From positions 30,001-62,000 of the forward strand of contig NZ_JAYKGW010000210.1 in NCBI RefSeq assembly GCF_035285525.1: DNA of 32,000 nt. Reading direction: 5' to 3'. Positions 1-8,063 of this stretch are shown piece by piece. The notes under the pieces are model-generated. The model made no database searches. It was not told the origin of the DNA and saw only the letters and a program-made list of their open reading frames with translations. The translations under genes and the position numbers were made by a program. Every line of letters starts with the position of its first letter. Position 1 is the stretch's first letter. Source of the stretch: Okeania sp. (GTDB lineage: Bacteria; Cyanobacteriota; Cyanobacteriia; Cyanobacteriales; Microcoleaceae).

Positions 1-411
1 AACAAGTATAGCTGTTAAAAAAGCAATGCCATATCCAGATAATGATTTTATCAGCATATCTGTGATATTTTCAGGGGCAAAAGTTGTGAGGATTAGAAAA
101 GTTGTACTAACAGGAATCCCTAAATTTGTTAAAAATATCAGTGCAATTGGAGGAACAATATAAATCCAATTAAAATGTTCAGGAAAAGGAAATTTTTCTA
201 AGCGACCATAAGCTAAATCCCCAGAATTTGTACTCCAGCTATAGATAAAAACTACCAGTAAAATAGAGCAAGCAAATAACCATAATACCCACCAACGACG
301 CTCTTGATTAGAACTTAAAAAAGTTCCTATAGTTTGAATCGCATCGTTCGCTATAACTGAATATGATGCTAGGATAAATCCGATCAACATAAATACATAT
401 TGACTATTCAT
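1..411 (-). CDS. Integral membrane protein, N-terminal part only (runs off window start); possible PiT-like inorganic phosphate transporter
   Basis: Open minus-strand frame from ATG (complement of 409-411) to the window edge. Translation MNSQYVFMLIGFILASYSVIANDAIQTIGTF... is multi-helix hydrophobic. ANDAIQTIGT resembles the GANDVANAxGT signature of PiT/PHO4 transporters, and the gene is divergent from pstS. Absent from the ORF track because it is truncated by the edge. Confidence 0.45.
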   Translation of the reverse strand, partial: MNSQYVFMLIGFILASYSVIANDAIQTIGTFLSSNQERRWWVLWLFACSILLVVFIYSWSTNSGDLAYGRLEKFPFPEHFNWIYIVPPIALIFLTNLGIPVSTTFLILTTFAPENITDMLIKSLSGYGIAFLTAILV

Positions 412-440
412 ATATACACTCAAATATTGAAAGTAGAAGA

Positions 441-638
441 TAAGCATTCAGCCATCAGCTAGCCTCTTTCAAAGGAGCTAACAGCTATCAGCTATTACTT
501 TCAATTTTAGTTTGAGATAAAAGCTTTGCTAATTGAACCCGAATTAAATCTTAACTACAAAAGCTGTCTTTAAAGCCTATATTCGATTTAAAATCCCTCC
601 TGTTACTGATATGTGACAGCTAATAGCTGAATGCTCAC
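441..638. mobile_element. MITE-like element, family A (TIRs TAAGCATTCAGC... / ...GCTAATAGCTGAATGCTCAC)
   Basis: About 200 bp bounded by imperfect terminal inverted repeats. The internal sequence (TTGAGATAAAAGCTTT, AAATCCCTCCT) is shared with the copy at 27349-27555. Related copies at 5855, 14989, 23212, 27349 and 30410. Confidence 0.6.
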
Positions 639-714
639 ACTGAAAAAACTGCCTCTTGCTTACTGTTGAGACACTTCACTAATGCTTTAGCTTAGAAGAA
701 ATTATTCATTATTT

Positions 715-748
715 GCTGACTACTTACTGCTAATGGCTGAATGCGAGC
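715..748. repeat. Solo family-A terminal repeat
   Basis: GCTGACTACTTACTGCTAATGGCTGAATGCGAGC matches the right TIR of family A, with no partner left end nearby. Confidence 0.45.
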
Positions 749-1096
749 GCATTCCCCAGGAAATACTTACACTTTTAGTTGCGCAATAAAAGCTTGATTT
801 CGGCTTCTCCCCTGATTGGGCAGCAAATTTTATCTTGATAAAATACAACTGTGATAAAAAAGATACCTGTGATACATTAATAATCAAATAAACTCTTAAT
901 AAGATTATCATACAATCTTTATTTTTAAGTTAACAATAGGTTAATTTTTTTGACAAATTATTGATTCAACTCTCAACATATAAATGATATAAAACTTTAA
1001 TAATAATATAAAGATTTAGTAAGATAAATAAAATATTTCATATTTAAGCTGCTATTATCATAATTATCTAAATACTTTAGAACTTAAACAAATCAA

Positions 1097-1178
1097 CTAA
1101 GAAACCGGGTTTATTGCCCTAATATTGTTGTTAAAAACACAAAATTTCGTTCATAAACCCGGTTTATCCATAAGTCCT
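1097..1178. repeat. Family C repeat, about 80 bp (AAGAAACCGGGTTTAT ... CATAAACCCGGTTTAT ... TAAGTCCT)
   Basis: Near-identical architecture at 8573-8654 and a shorter inverted relative at 3113-3160. It contains the internal inverted repeat AAACCGGGTTTAT / ATAAACCCGGTTT. Confidence 0.55.
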
Positions 1179-1226
1179 GTACTTAATATTGTAAAGAATT
1201 AGATTTTTGGGGAGGCTAATTTTAAG

Positions 1227-2264
1227 ATGGCATCATTAGGAAATATTTGTCGAAATGTTCTAACTGTAACAGTTGCAGCAATAACTATTTCGGTTGGGAC
1301 TTTAGGTGAAGCGATCGCTCAAACTATTGAGGGTGCAGGAGCATCTTTTCCTGCTCCCTTGTATCAACGTTACTTTCAACAACTAAAAAAAGATACAGGA
1401 ATTACAGTAAATTATAATTCCGTCGGTAGTGGTAAAGGTATTGAAAGTTTTGTTAAAGATACAGTAGACTTTGCTGGTACAGATGCGCCACCAGTCGCAG
1501 CAGAAATAGAGCAAATGCCAAAGGGTTTAGTTATGGTTCCCACGGCAGGAGGTGCTGTAGCAGTAGTTTATAATCTTCCGGGAGTTAGGGAACTGAAACT
1601 ATCTCAGTCTGTACTACCAGATATTTTTGCCGGAAAAATCACTAAATGGAATGATCGCAGAATTGCTAAAGATAATCCAGGAGTTGATTTACCTGACTTA
1701 CCTATTCAAACTGTAGTCCGAGCTGATGGTAGTGGTACAACCTTTATTTTCTCCAAACATTTGAGTGCAGTAAGTCCCTTATTTAGTAGAGAAATAGGTG
1801 CATCCAAAAAACCTCAATGGCTAGGAAATCCCCTAAAAGGCAACAAAAATGATGGTGTCGCTGATTTAGTGAAGAAAACTGAAGGGGCGATCGGTTATGT
1901 TCAGGACACTTTTGCCCGCCAAAATAACCTGTCAACAGCAATGTTGGAAAATTTACGAGGTGAGTTTGTGAAACCTAGTCTGGAAGAGGCAAATAAAGCC
2001 TTATCAGGACTTCGTTTTTATCAAAATTTTAATCCTGTTAACGAAGCTAATCCTGATGAGGGGTATCCTATTGTTGGTATTACTTGGCTATTAATTAAGC
2101 AAAATTATGATAGTTCAGATGATGCAAATGCTATTAAAAAAATGGTTAGTTGGATTTTGAATCAAGGTCAAAATTTGAACAACACCCTTGAATACACTCG
2201 CGTTCCCAAGAATATAGCTGTAAAAATACTCGAAAAAGTAGAAGCTCAAGTTACAAGTAAATAG
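1227..2264 (+). CDS. pstS: Phosphate ABC transporter substrate-binding protein PstS
   Basis: 345-aa ORF with an N-terminal signal-like segment. Contains GAGASFPAPLYQRYF, NYNSVGSGKGI and RADGSGTT, which are characteristic of the PstS/PBP family. GGAGG lies upstream of the ATG. No pstCAB follows. Confidence 0.9.
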   Translation: MASLGNICRNVLTVTVAAITISVGTLGEAIAQTIEGAGASFPAPLYQRYFQQLKKDTGITVNYNSVGSGKGIESFVKDTVDFAGTDAPPVAAEIEQMPKGLVMVPTAGGAVAVVYNLPGVRELKLSQSVLPDIFAGKITKWNDRRIAKDNPGVDLPDLPIQTVVRADGSGTTFIFSKHLSAVSPLFSREIGASKKPQWLGNPLKGNKNDGVADLVKKTEGAIGYVQDTFARQNNLSTAMLENLRGEFVKPSLEEANKALSGLRFYQNFNPVNEANPDEGYPIVGITWLLIKQNYDSSDDANAIKKMVSWILNQGQNLNNTLEYTRVPKNIAVKILEKVEAQVTSK

Positions 2265-2554
2265 TTTCTCATAGATAACTTTAGGAGTATTTACAGCAGA
2301 TTCCAAGCAGAAGACCTACAGATATTAATAGTTAATCTTACAGTGCGATTTTTCGGGAACCCTGCATCTTGCTCGCGTCGTGGATGTACCTTACTAAACT
2401 GGAATCCGCTGTCTATAGAGATTTTCTGCATTACAGAGGTTTTCATTTCAGTAGATCGTAAGTATGGGCGAATGGCATTTTCGCTTCGCGACATGAAACT
2501 CCCTTATAGGTTTTTGCTTATAAAGATGTGGTTTATCAAGAAAGAAAAGCGCTG

Positions 2555-2792
2555 TCATTTCAGTTATCAGTAGAGAGTGAACCTCCGACTTTAGTCGGAG
2601 GCTTGAAATACTAATAGGACTTACGCACAATAACGTAATTCTCTCATTACGAGCGACACCGTTTGCGGAGCATTCCGTCAGGAAACCAATCTCAAACCCT
2701 GAAATTGTGTTCTTAATGCGTAAGTCCTGACTAAGTTAAAATTTTTTCATCCCCTTAAAAGGGGAAGCTTTATACCTCTTTTTTTTTTGGTA
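2555..2792. mobile_element. Composite D/E element (STRR CAGTTAT + GTGAACCTCCGACTTTAGTCGGAGGCTTGAAATACT hairpin ... TTTTCATCCCCTTAAAAGGGGAAGCTTTATACC) carrying a nested insertion
   Basis: The same two ends lie directly adjacent in the 130-138 bp copies at 14673-14810 and 23703-23832. Here they are separated by the 113-bp family-F element at 2616-2728. Confidence 0.6.
2616..2728. mobile_element. MITE-like element, family F (TIRs AGGACTTACGCA / TGCGTAAGTCCT), nested in the D/E element
   Basis: Perfect 12-bp terminal inverted repeats. The internal core (CAATCTCAAACCC) recurs at 11150-11242 and, inverted, near 11470-11500. Confidence 0.6.
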
Positions 2793-2810
2793 ATATCATG
2801 TCCGGATAAT

Positions 2811-2925
2811 TAGACATCTCCAAAAATAAAAAATTAAATCAATTCTTATCCATAAATTATCAATTATTTCTTCCTGTTCCCACATATCTAGTGTTCCCTG
2901 TTCCCTCATTTGGAGGAGATGTCTA
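2811..2925. mobile_element. MITE-like element, family B (TIRs TAGACATCTCC / GGAGATGTCTA)
   Basis: 115 bp with perfect 11-bp TIRs. A second full copy at 6272-6375 has the same internal layout (AAATCAATT..TTATC..TTCTTCCT), and a one-ended relative ends at 21904. Confidence 0.65.
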
Positions 2926-3244
2926 TATAAAAAAACTTCCTCTTCTTCCCCTCCACCGGAGGGGTTAGGAGTGGATTTACTCCTGACTTGTTATTTATCA
3001 CTATTCAACCGCACATAATATGAGATGTACAAAGTAAATCCCGAAAAAAATTTAGTGCGAGCATCTTGCCCTCCATAGTCCATTTGATAACAACAGGAAG
3101 CACTGTAATTTAAGACTTATGCAAAGAAACCCGATTTTTCCAAGAAATCGGGTTTATGAGTTTAGTTATGTAATGGTTTTTGTGTAAATCTTGCTTGCTT
3201 GAAAACCTGCGCTATCCTAAAAAGAAAACGTCAGCATGTTTGCA

Positions 3245-3580
3245 TTATTCAATTACTTCCATTTCAGAAATTACCTGTTCTTTGCGAGTTTTACCACATG
3301 GTTCACTGCTTTCGCAATCATTAACATTAACTTCTTCATAAGTTAATCTCACTCTTTGATCTAAGTAAAAATCTCGATCGTCGCAAATTTCAAATTTAGC
3401 TCCGATAGAATATTCTTTACCATCATCATCTACCAAAGTTGCATAGCACATTAGATCGCCAGCAACTAATTCTATTACCATTCCCTCTTCAAGCAAAGAT
3501 TCTTGAGCAATGGCACTGATCGAAAAAGTAGCCAGAGCAATGGCAATCAAGGAAAAAGAAGCCATGATTTGTTTGAGCAT
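3245..3580 (-). CDS. Small secreted Cys-containing hypothetical protein
   Basis: 111-aa ORF with a clear signal peptide (MLKQIMASFSLIAIALATFSISAIAQE) and an acidic mature part with several Cys. I recognise no family. Confidence 0.55.
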   Translation of the reverse strand: MLKQIMASFSLIAIALATFSISAIAQESLLEEGMVIELVAGDLMCYATLVDDDGKEYSIGAKFEICDDRDFYLDQRVRLTYEEVNVNDCESSEPCGKTRKEQVISEMEVIE

Positions 3581-3705
3581 AGATTCTCAGTAATCTAAAG
3601 ATTTCCGAATAATAGCACAAAAAAAATAGAATTTGTCAATAAAAAAACAGAATTAATTTCTGGTAAGCTAGGAAACTGGACTACATTCAGAGGGATTATT
3701 TTTAA

Positions 3706-4077
3706 ATGACAGAAGCATTAAATGTACTGGGTGAAAAACTAGAAATTTGCTGCACTTCTCCCATGACTGGATTTTATCGAGATGGGTTTTGTCAAACTGG
3801 AGCATCTGATTTTGGCTCCCATGTTGTTTGTGCAGAAGTAACAGCAGATTTTTTGGAATTTACGAAATATCGTGGTAATGATTTAAGTACACCCAGACCA
3901 GAATTTTCATTTCCTGGATTAAAACCAGGCGATCGCTGGTGTTTATGTGTATCTCGTTGGAAAGAAGCGCTTGACTTTGGAGTTGCACCACGAGTAATTT
4001 TGTCCGCAACTCATCAAAAAGCATTGGAGGTTGTACCTCTGGAAGTTTTGCAGGAACACTCTCTTGTTATTAATTAG
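3706..4077 (+). CDS. DUF2237 family protein
   Basis: 123 aa. The pattern CCTSPMTGFYRDGFCQTG...GSHVVCAEVTADFLEFT...GDRWCLCVSRWKEA is typical of the conserved DUF2237 family. Confidence 0.85.
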   Translation: MTEALNVLGEKLEICCTSPMTGFYRDGFCQTGASDFGSHVVCAEVTADFLEFTKYRGNDLSTPRPEFSFPGLKPGDRWCLCVSRWKEALDFGVAPRVILSATHQKALEVVPLEVLQEHSLVIN

Positions 4078-4286
4078 GGTTTGCTGATTAAATATAAAAC
4101 CTTTGACAAATAAAGCTTTTAGCCTTTTGAGTTTTTAGGTATGCAAAAAGTACCTGGTTTTGAGCTGCTTCTTGCTCCTCAAGTTACCATTTTAGGGAAA
4201 AGTTAGGGAAAAAAATTACTCCCCGACTCCCCTAATCCCCGACTCCCGCCCTCCCTAAAAAGCTGGAAGCTAAATACTAATAATTT

Positions 4287-4886
4287 CTAGTTCTTAACTT
4301 CTGCTATTTCTATAACTCGACTATTCCAGTCCTTTACCAATAAATTAAGAGGTTTTTCTGACCTAATCTTATACTTAAGACCACGCATCTGTACCCGCAA
4401 TAATATTTGTTCTAAACAGTCTTTATCAAAACAAACATGACGTTGACGGTTTTTAGCACCAAGACTCGCTCCACTAATAATGTGTAGTTGGGAATTTTTC
4501 ATTAATTGATACCACAAACCATCTGGAACTGATGTTTCTTGGTTATTAACACTGGGTCTGGTATAATCATTTGCCAGATAGAGTGGATCTATACCAGTTG
4601 CTCCTAATGTTTGTTCATAATTGTAGTAGTAATGTAAAGGTACTTCTGCTACTGGCAACTCGAGCATACCCTCATAGAATTGTTGAGCGATCGCCAAATT
4701 AGAAACCATAATTGTATAAACTTTTGGAGCGCTGGTCAAAAACATCCACATAGCTACAGCATAAGCAGCTAATAGCATGACCATTATCCCTTGAGTAGAA
4801 AATAGACTATCAAGGGGTAGTTCTGGTAAAAAAGCACTTAGAGGTAACTGGGGAAGCCAAAAAGCCATAACATTTACTACTAACAT
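4287..4886 (-). CDS. Membrane-anchored hypothetical protein, possibly VOC/glyoxalase-fold
   Basis: 199-aa ORF with an N-terminal hydrophobic segment. VSNLAIAQQFYEGMLELP resembles the first beta-alpha unit of glyoxalase/bleomycin-resistance (VOC) domains. The family call is tentative. Confidence 0.5.
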   Translation of the reverse strand: MLVVNVMAFWLPQLPLSAFLPELPLDSLFSTQGIMVMLLAAYAVAMWMFLTSAPKVYTIMVSNLAIAQQFYEGMLELPVAEVPLHYYYNYEQTLGATGIDPLYLANDYTRPSVNNQETSVPDGLWYQLMKNSQLHIISGASLGAKNRQRHVCFDKDCLEQILLRVQMRGLKYKIRSEKPLNLLVKDWNSRVIEIAEVKN

Positions 4887-5099
4887 TCAGTCTAAAAGAA
4901 TTACTATTGAATTTAATTTTAACTTCGGTCTATTATTTTAACATATCTACTGTTGTTTATTATGTAGTGGCTAAAATTTAGTAGCGGAATGTTTCATCTA
5001 AAACTGTGCAGAGCGATTTTCTTCTTTATCTATCTGCCTTGTCTTCCTTGTCTAGCCATAACCAAAAATTAATATACCATTTAAGATCAAACAATCTAG

Positions 5100-5307
5100 T
5101 AGATGTAGGTTGGGTTGAGGGACGAAACCCAAAAACAATCTTCCTCTCTTACTCCACATAATGCACTATTTTAGGCAAAACAGTCTAGTGGACTGTTTCA
5201 CCTAAAAATGTAGGTTAGGTTGTTGCTTACTGACCCGTAGCGGTACGACAGTGACACCCAACAAAGCTTTAATTATTGTTGGGTTTGGTGCCTCAACCCA
5301 ACCTAGG
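5100..5307. repeat. GTTGGGTTTxGTGCCTCAACCCAACCTA-type inverted repeat units
   Basis: ATGTAGGTTGGGTTGAGGGACGAAACCCAA at 5102-5131, then TGTAGGTTAGGTTG...GTTGGGTTTGGTGCCTCAACCCAACCTAGG at 5208-5307. This is a dispersed repeat motif commonly seen in filamentous cyanobacteria. Confidence 0.5.
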
Positions 5308-5356
5308 TCTAATTATTAGTTATTCGGTAAAATTTAGTAGTTTCTAATTAATCTAA

Positions 5357-5773
5357 ATGAGTTACCTAAGAGTATTTGTCTATGGTACTCTCAAACCAGG
5401 AGAGGTAAACTATCAATTCTATTGTGCGAAATATATTGTGGAGTCTTTTCCAGCAGTTGCCAATGGTCTCTTGTATGAACTACCTATTGGTTATCCAGGG
5501 ATGACTAATGGAAAAGGTAAGGTATATGGATTTGTATTATCATTTCTAGAGCCAAAGATTTTGCTAGAGTTGGATGAATTAGAAGATTATCATCCTGAAC
5601 GCCTTTCTGAAGAAAACGAGTATCAAAGACAAAAAGTTCCTATTTTTGGACTTGATGGGCAATATTTAGGAGATGTTTGGAGCTATTTAATGTTACCAGA
5701 AAAGGTAAAGTTACTTGGTGGTAAACTTTTATATGATGGTTTTTGGACAGGTGATTCAACAATTAATAATTAA
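5357..5773 (+). CDS. Gamma-glutamylcyclotransferase (AIG2/GGACT-like) family protein
   Basis: 138 aa. The N-terminal VFVYGTLKPGEVNY matches the YGTLxxG motif, and the later ELDELEDY...Y.R segment is typical of this fold. Confidence 0.8.
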   Translation: MSYLRVFVYGTLKPGEVNYQFYCAKYIVESFPAVANGLLYELPIGYPGMTNGKGKVYGFVLSFLEPKILLELDELEDYHPERLSEENEYQRQKVPIFGLDGQYLGDVWSYLMLPEKVKLLGGKLLYDGFWTGDSTINN

Positions 5774-5854
5774 CAATTAATTAGGGTTGACTGAAAAACT
5801 ATTTTTGCTCTTTATAGGGAATAGAGAATAGTTATAAGTTAAGAGTTATCTTTC

Positions 5855-6043
5855 GTAAGCATTCAGCAGTCAGCTAATAGCTATCAGCTTCTGAAAAACA
5901 TCTATAATTTCCAGCTATAAATTATATGGGTTAAAAGCTCATATCTATAGTTGAAAAGTAGAATTAGAAGTTGAAATATCCCTTGACTTAACTTCATAAA
6001 AAACTAAGAACTGACTGCTGAGGTGCTAATAGCTGAATGCTTA
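5855..6043. mobile_element. MITE-like element, family A
   Basis: TIRs GTAAGCATTCAGCAGTCAGCTAATAGCTATCAGC / CTGACTGCTGAGGTGCTAATAGCTGAATGCTTAC. It is embedded between outer inverted repeats TAGGGTTGACTG (5784) and TAGTCAACCC (about 6058-6067). Confidence 0.65.
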
Positions 6044-6271
6044 CTATCTTTCTGTAATAGTCAACCCAAAGTGCCCACTTTTTTAACCCTCAAAATCATC
6101 AAATATTTATCAGTAAAAACTTTTATATTTATTCAGTAAGTCTTAATTATTACCTCTTCTGATAAAGATAAATAAGAGAATTGACTAAAAAAATTTTTTG
6201 GTCTTTTTTCTCCATGAATAAATTAGAATTAATCTCTTAAATATAATTATTTGATAATTACTAATTACTAT

Positions 6272-6375
6272 TAGACATCTCCACAAATTAAAAATCAAAT
6301 CAATTGTCGTACAGAAATTATCAACTCTTTCTTCCTATTGCTCATTGCCCATAGCCTATTTTCTGGAGATGTCTA
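6272..6375. mobile_element. MITE-like element, family B
   Basis: TIRs TAGACATCTCC / GGAGATGTCTA, homologous to 2811-2925. Its last 3 nt form the stop codon of the anti-sigma gene. Confidence 0.65.
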
Positions 6376-6909
6376 TTTATTTTCCAGAGGCTTAACAGAG
6401 GGTTGAGGAATTTCAAACAATGGTTCATTGACAGTTAAGATAACATTATTGGGATTAACTATTTCTATAACAGGTTCATTTAAAGCTATCTGTACAGGTT
6501 CAGAATTCGATACATCTGCTAACTGAGTTACTGGAGAACGAGTAGCTGAAATAATCCCTGATATAACTGCTATTGCTAGAGCAGCAATAGCACTACCACC
6601 CAAAATAACAGTCCGTCTCGATCTGCGGTCAATTTTTTCAAATACTTCTTCAACTGTCCTATCTACAGTGTCTAAATTTTGGGAAGTTATTGGCATTCTT
6701 TCAAACTCATAATGTAGTTGTAGTAGTCTTTGATAAAGATGTCTAGCAACTGGATCTTTATCAAGTAAAACTTCTACTTCTCTACGTTGTAATGCTGTTA
6801 ACTCACCATCAATGTAAGCACTTACTAATTCAAATTTTTCTTGTTTCATAGTTATTTTTTCACCCCGAAACTGATTATCAAAATCATTTGAATTTATTTT
6901 TTTACTCAT
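6373..6909 (-). CDS. Anti-sigma factor (single-pass membrane), partner of the upstream ECF sigma
   Basis: 178 aa. ELVSAYIDGELTALQRREVEVLLDKDPVARHLYQRL is a typical anti-sigma N-terminal helix region, and a TM segment follows (VILGGSAIAALAIAVISGII). It lies downstream of the sigma gene on the same strand. The alternative start M21 (6849) is possible. Confidence 0.7.
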   Translation of the reverse strand: MSKKINSNDFDNQFRGEKITMKQEKFELVSAYIDGELTALQRREVEVLLDKDPVARHLYQRLLQLHYEFERMPITSQNLDTVDRTVEEVFEKIDRRSRRTVILGGSAIAALAIAVISGIISATRSPVTQLADVSNSEPVQIALNEPVIEIVNPNNVILTVNEPLFEIPQPSVKPLENK

Positions 6910-7108
6910 AAATTAACACTTATAAATTAATCGAATAATTGATACTTAATTGTTTTTATTTAGATGGAATTATTGATATGGCAATTTTTATTCTGGCAAA
7001 GTCAAAAATAACTTATTTTTAGATAATAAAAAAACTTTATATATCGAAATTTAAAGATATTTATTTTGACTATTTACAAAAGAATTTCATAAATAAATTC
7101 AGCCTATT

Positions 7109-7765
7109 TCAAGTATCCAAATATTTTTGCAGTTGCAATTGTAATCTTTGTCTAGCTCTAGCAATTCTTGATTTAACAGTTCCTAGAGAAACTTCAGTAA
7201 TTTCTGCAATTTCTTCATAAGATAAACCCTCAATTTCCCTCAAAATAATAGTTACTCTAAATACTTCAGGTAATTGAGCGATCGCATTCCTCAGATGATC
7301 GTAAAATTCTTGTGTGCTTAATTGTTCTTCTGGTCCTGGAGTATCTGTAGCAATTTCCCAATCCATAACACCATCATCCAAAGCCAAAGGAGCATCCAAA
7401 GATAGAGGAGGAGTAACTCGTTTTCGTTTCCGTAATTCGTCGTAAAATAAATTAGTAGTTATCCGACTTAACCAACTCTTAAATTTTCCTGGCTCTTGTA
7501 ACCGTTTAATATTACGATATACCCGAATCCAAACCTCTTGAGCCAAATCTGACCGATCTTGCCATTCGGGGGCTAAATGATATAAAATTTTCTCTACATG
7601 GAGTTGGTATCGATGTAGAAGTTCTGCAAAACTTGTACGATCTGGGCGACTACCTTGTTGGCACTGTAATACTAGATCGTAGTTAGATAGTTTTTCGGGT
7701 GGTAATTCCACTTGTGAAAGGGTTTGTTCAACCTTAGACCATTTTACAAACACATATTGACTCAT
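7109..7765 (-). CDS. ECF-type RNA polymerase sigma-70 family factor (SigG-like in Nostocales)
   Basis: 218 aa. Region 2 (DLAQEVWIRVYRNIKRLQEPGKFKSWLSRITTNLFYDELRKRKR) and region 4 HTH (REIEGLSYEEIAEITEVSLGTVKSRIARARQRL) are clear. The pairing with an anti-sigma gene resembles sigG-sapG of Nostoc, but orthology is not verifiable here. Confidence 0.9.
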   Translation of the reverse strand: MSQYVFVKWSKVEQTLSQVELPPEKLSNYDLVLQCQQGSRPDRTSFAELLHRYQLHVEKILYHLAPEWQDRSDLAQEVWIRVYRNIKRLQEPGKFKSWLSRITTNLFYDELRKRKRVTPPLSLDAPLALDDGVMDWEIATDTPGPEEQLSTQEFYDHLRNAIAQLPEVFRVTIILREIEGLSYEEIAEITEVSLGTVKSRIARARQRLQLQLQKYLDT

Positions 7766-8015
7766 TTGGCAATTGGCTCAATCAATAGTTTTTTGTTTTT
7801 CTACTTAGCTTTAGCTAGGGGTTGCTAATTAATCTATTAGCATTTTGAGAGCATAAAAATCTGCTCTTGTTTGAGATATTTATGCTGCAAAAGACAGCGC
7901 TCTCTTGGAGGCAAAAGCTAGAAAGAGTTGGAGAAAAAAATTACTCCCCATCGCCTCATTTCCTTAATTCCTTAATTAAAGACTTTTTCCGCAAACCCTA
8001 GCTATATTGAGAATA

Positions 8016-8040
8016 GACGAGGAATATTTTCCAGAGTTCC
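8016..8040 (-). promoter_or_regulatory. Candidate ECF-type promoter GGAAC-N16-CGTC upstream of the sigma gene
   Basis: The minus strand reads cagGGAACtctggaaaatattcctCGTCtattc. This is the generic ECF -35/-10 pattern with 16-nt spacing, 24 nt after the moaE stop and about 250 nt upstream of the sigma ATG. Confidence 0.35.
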
Positions 8041-8063
8041 CTGCCTCTTGAGTGTTAATTCCA

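Noticed and set aside
720-911. 63-aa minus-strand ORF from the track
   Set aside because: It starts inside a family-A terminal repeat and runs through very AT-rich promoter-like DNA. It has a low-complexity hydrophobic translation and no RBS or family signal.
929-985. Pho-box array (PyTTAAPyPy[T/A] x3 with 3-nt linkers) upstream of pstS
   Set aside because: Only two 8-mers at 11-bp spacing (GTTAACAA, GTTAATTT) approximate the consensus, each with mismatches. The following units do not match, and the site is about 290 nt from the ATG. I keep it only as a remark in the pstS finding.
2115-2630. Four overlapping short ORFs (2115-2306 -, 2291-2494 -, 2343-2573 +, 2448-2630 -)
   Set aside because: They are mutually overlapping on both strands. 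They lie antisense to the pstS 3' end or inside dispersed repeats (family H and D/E elements). The translations look like repeat read-through.
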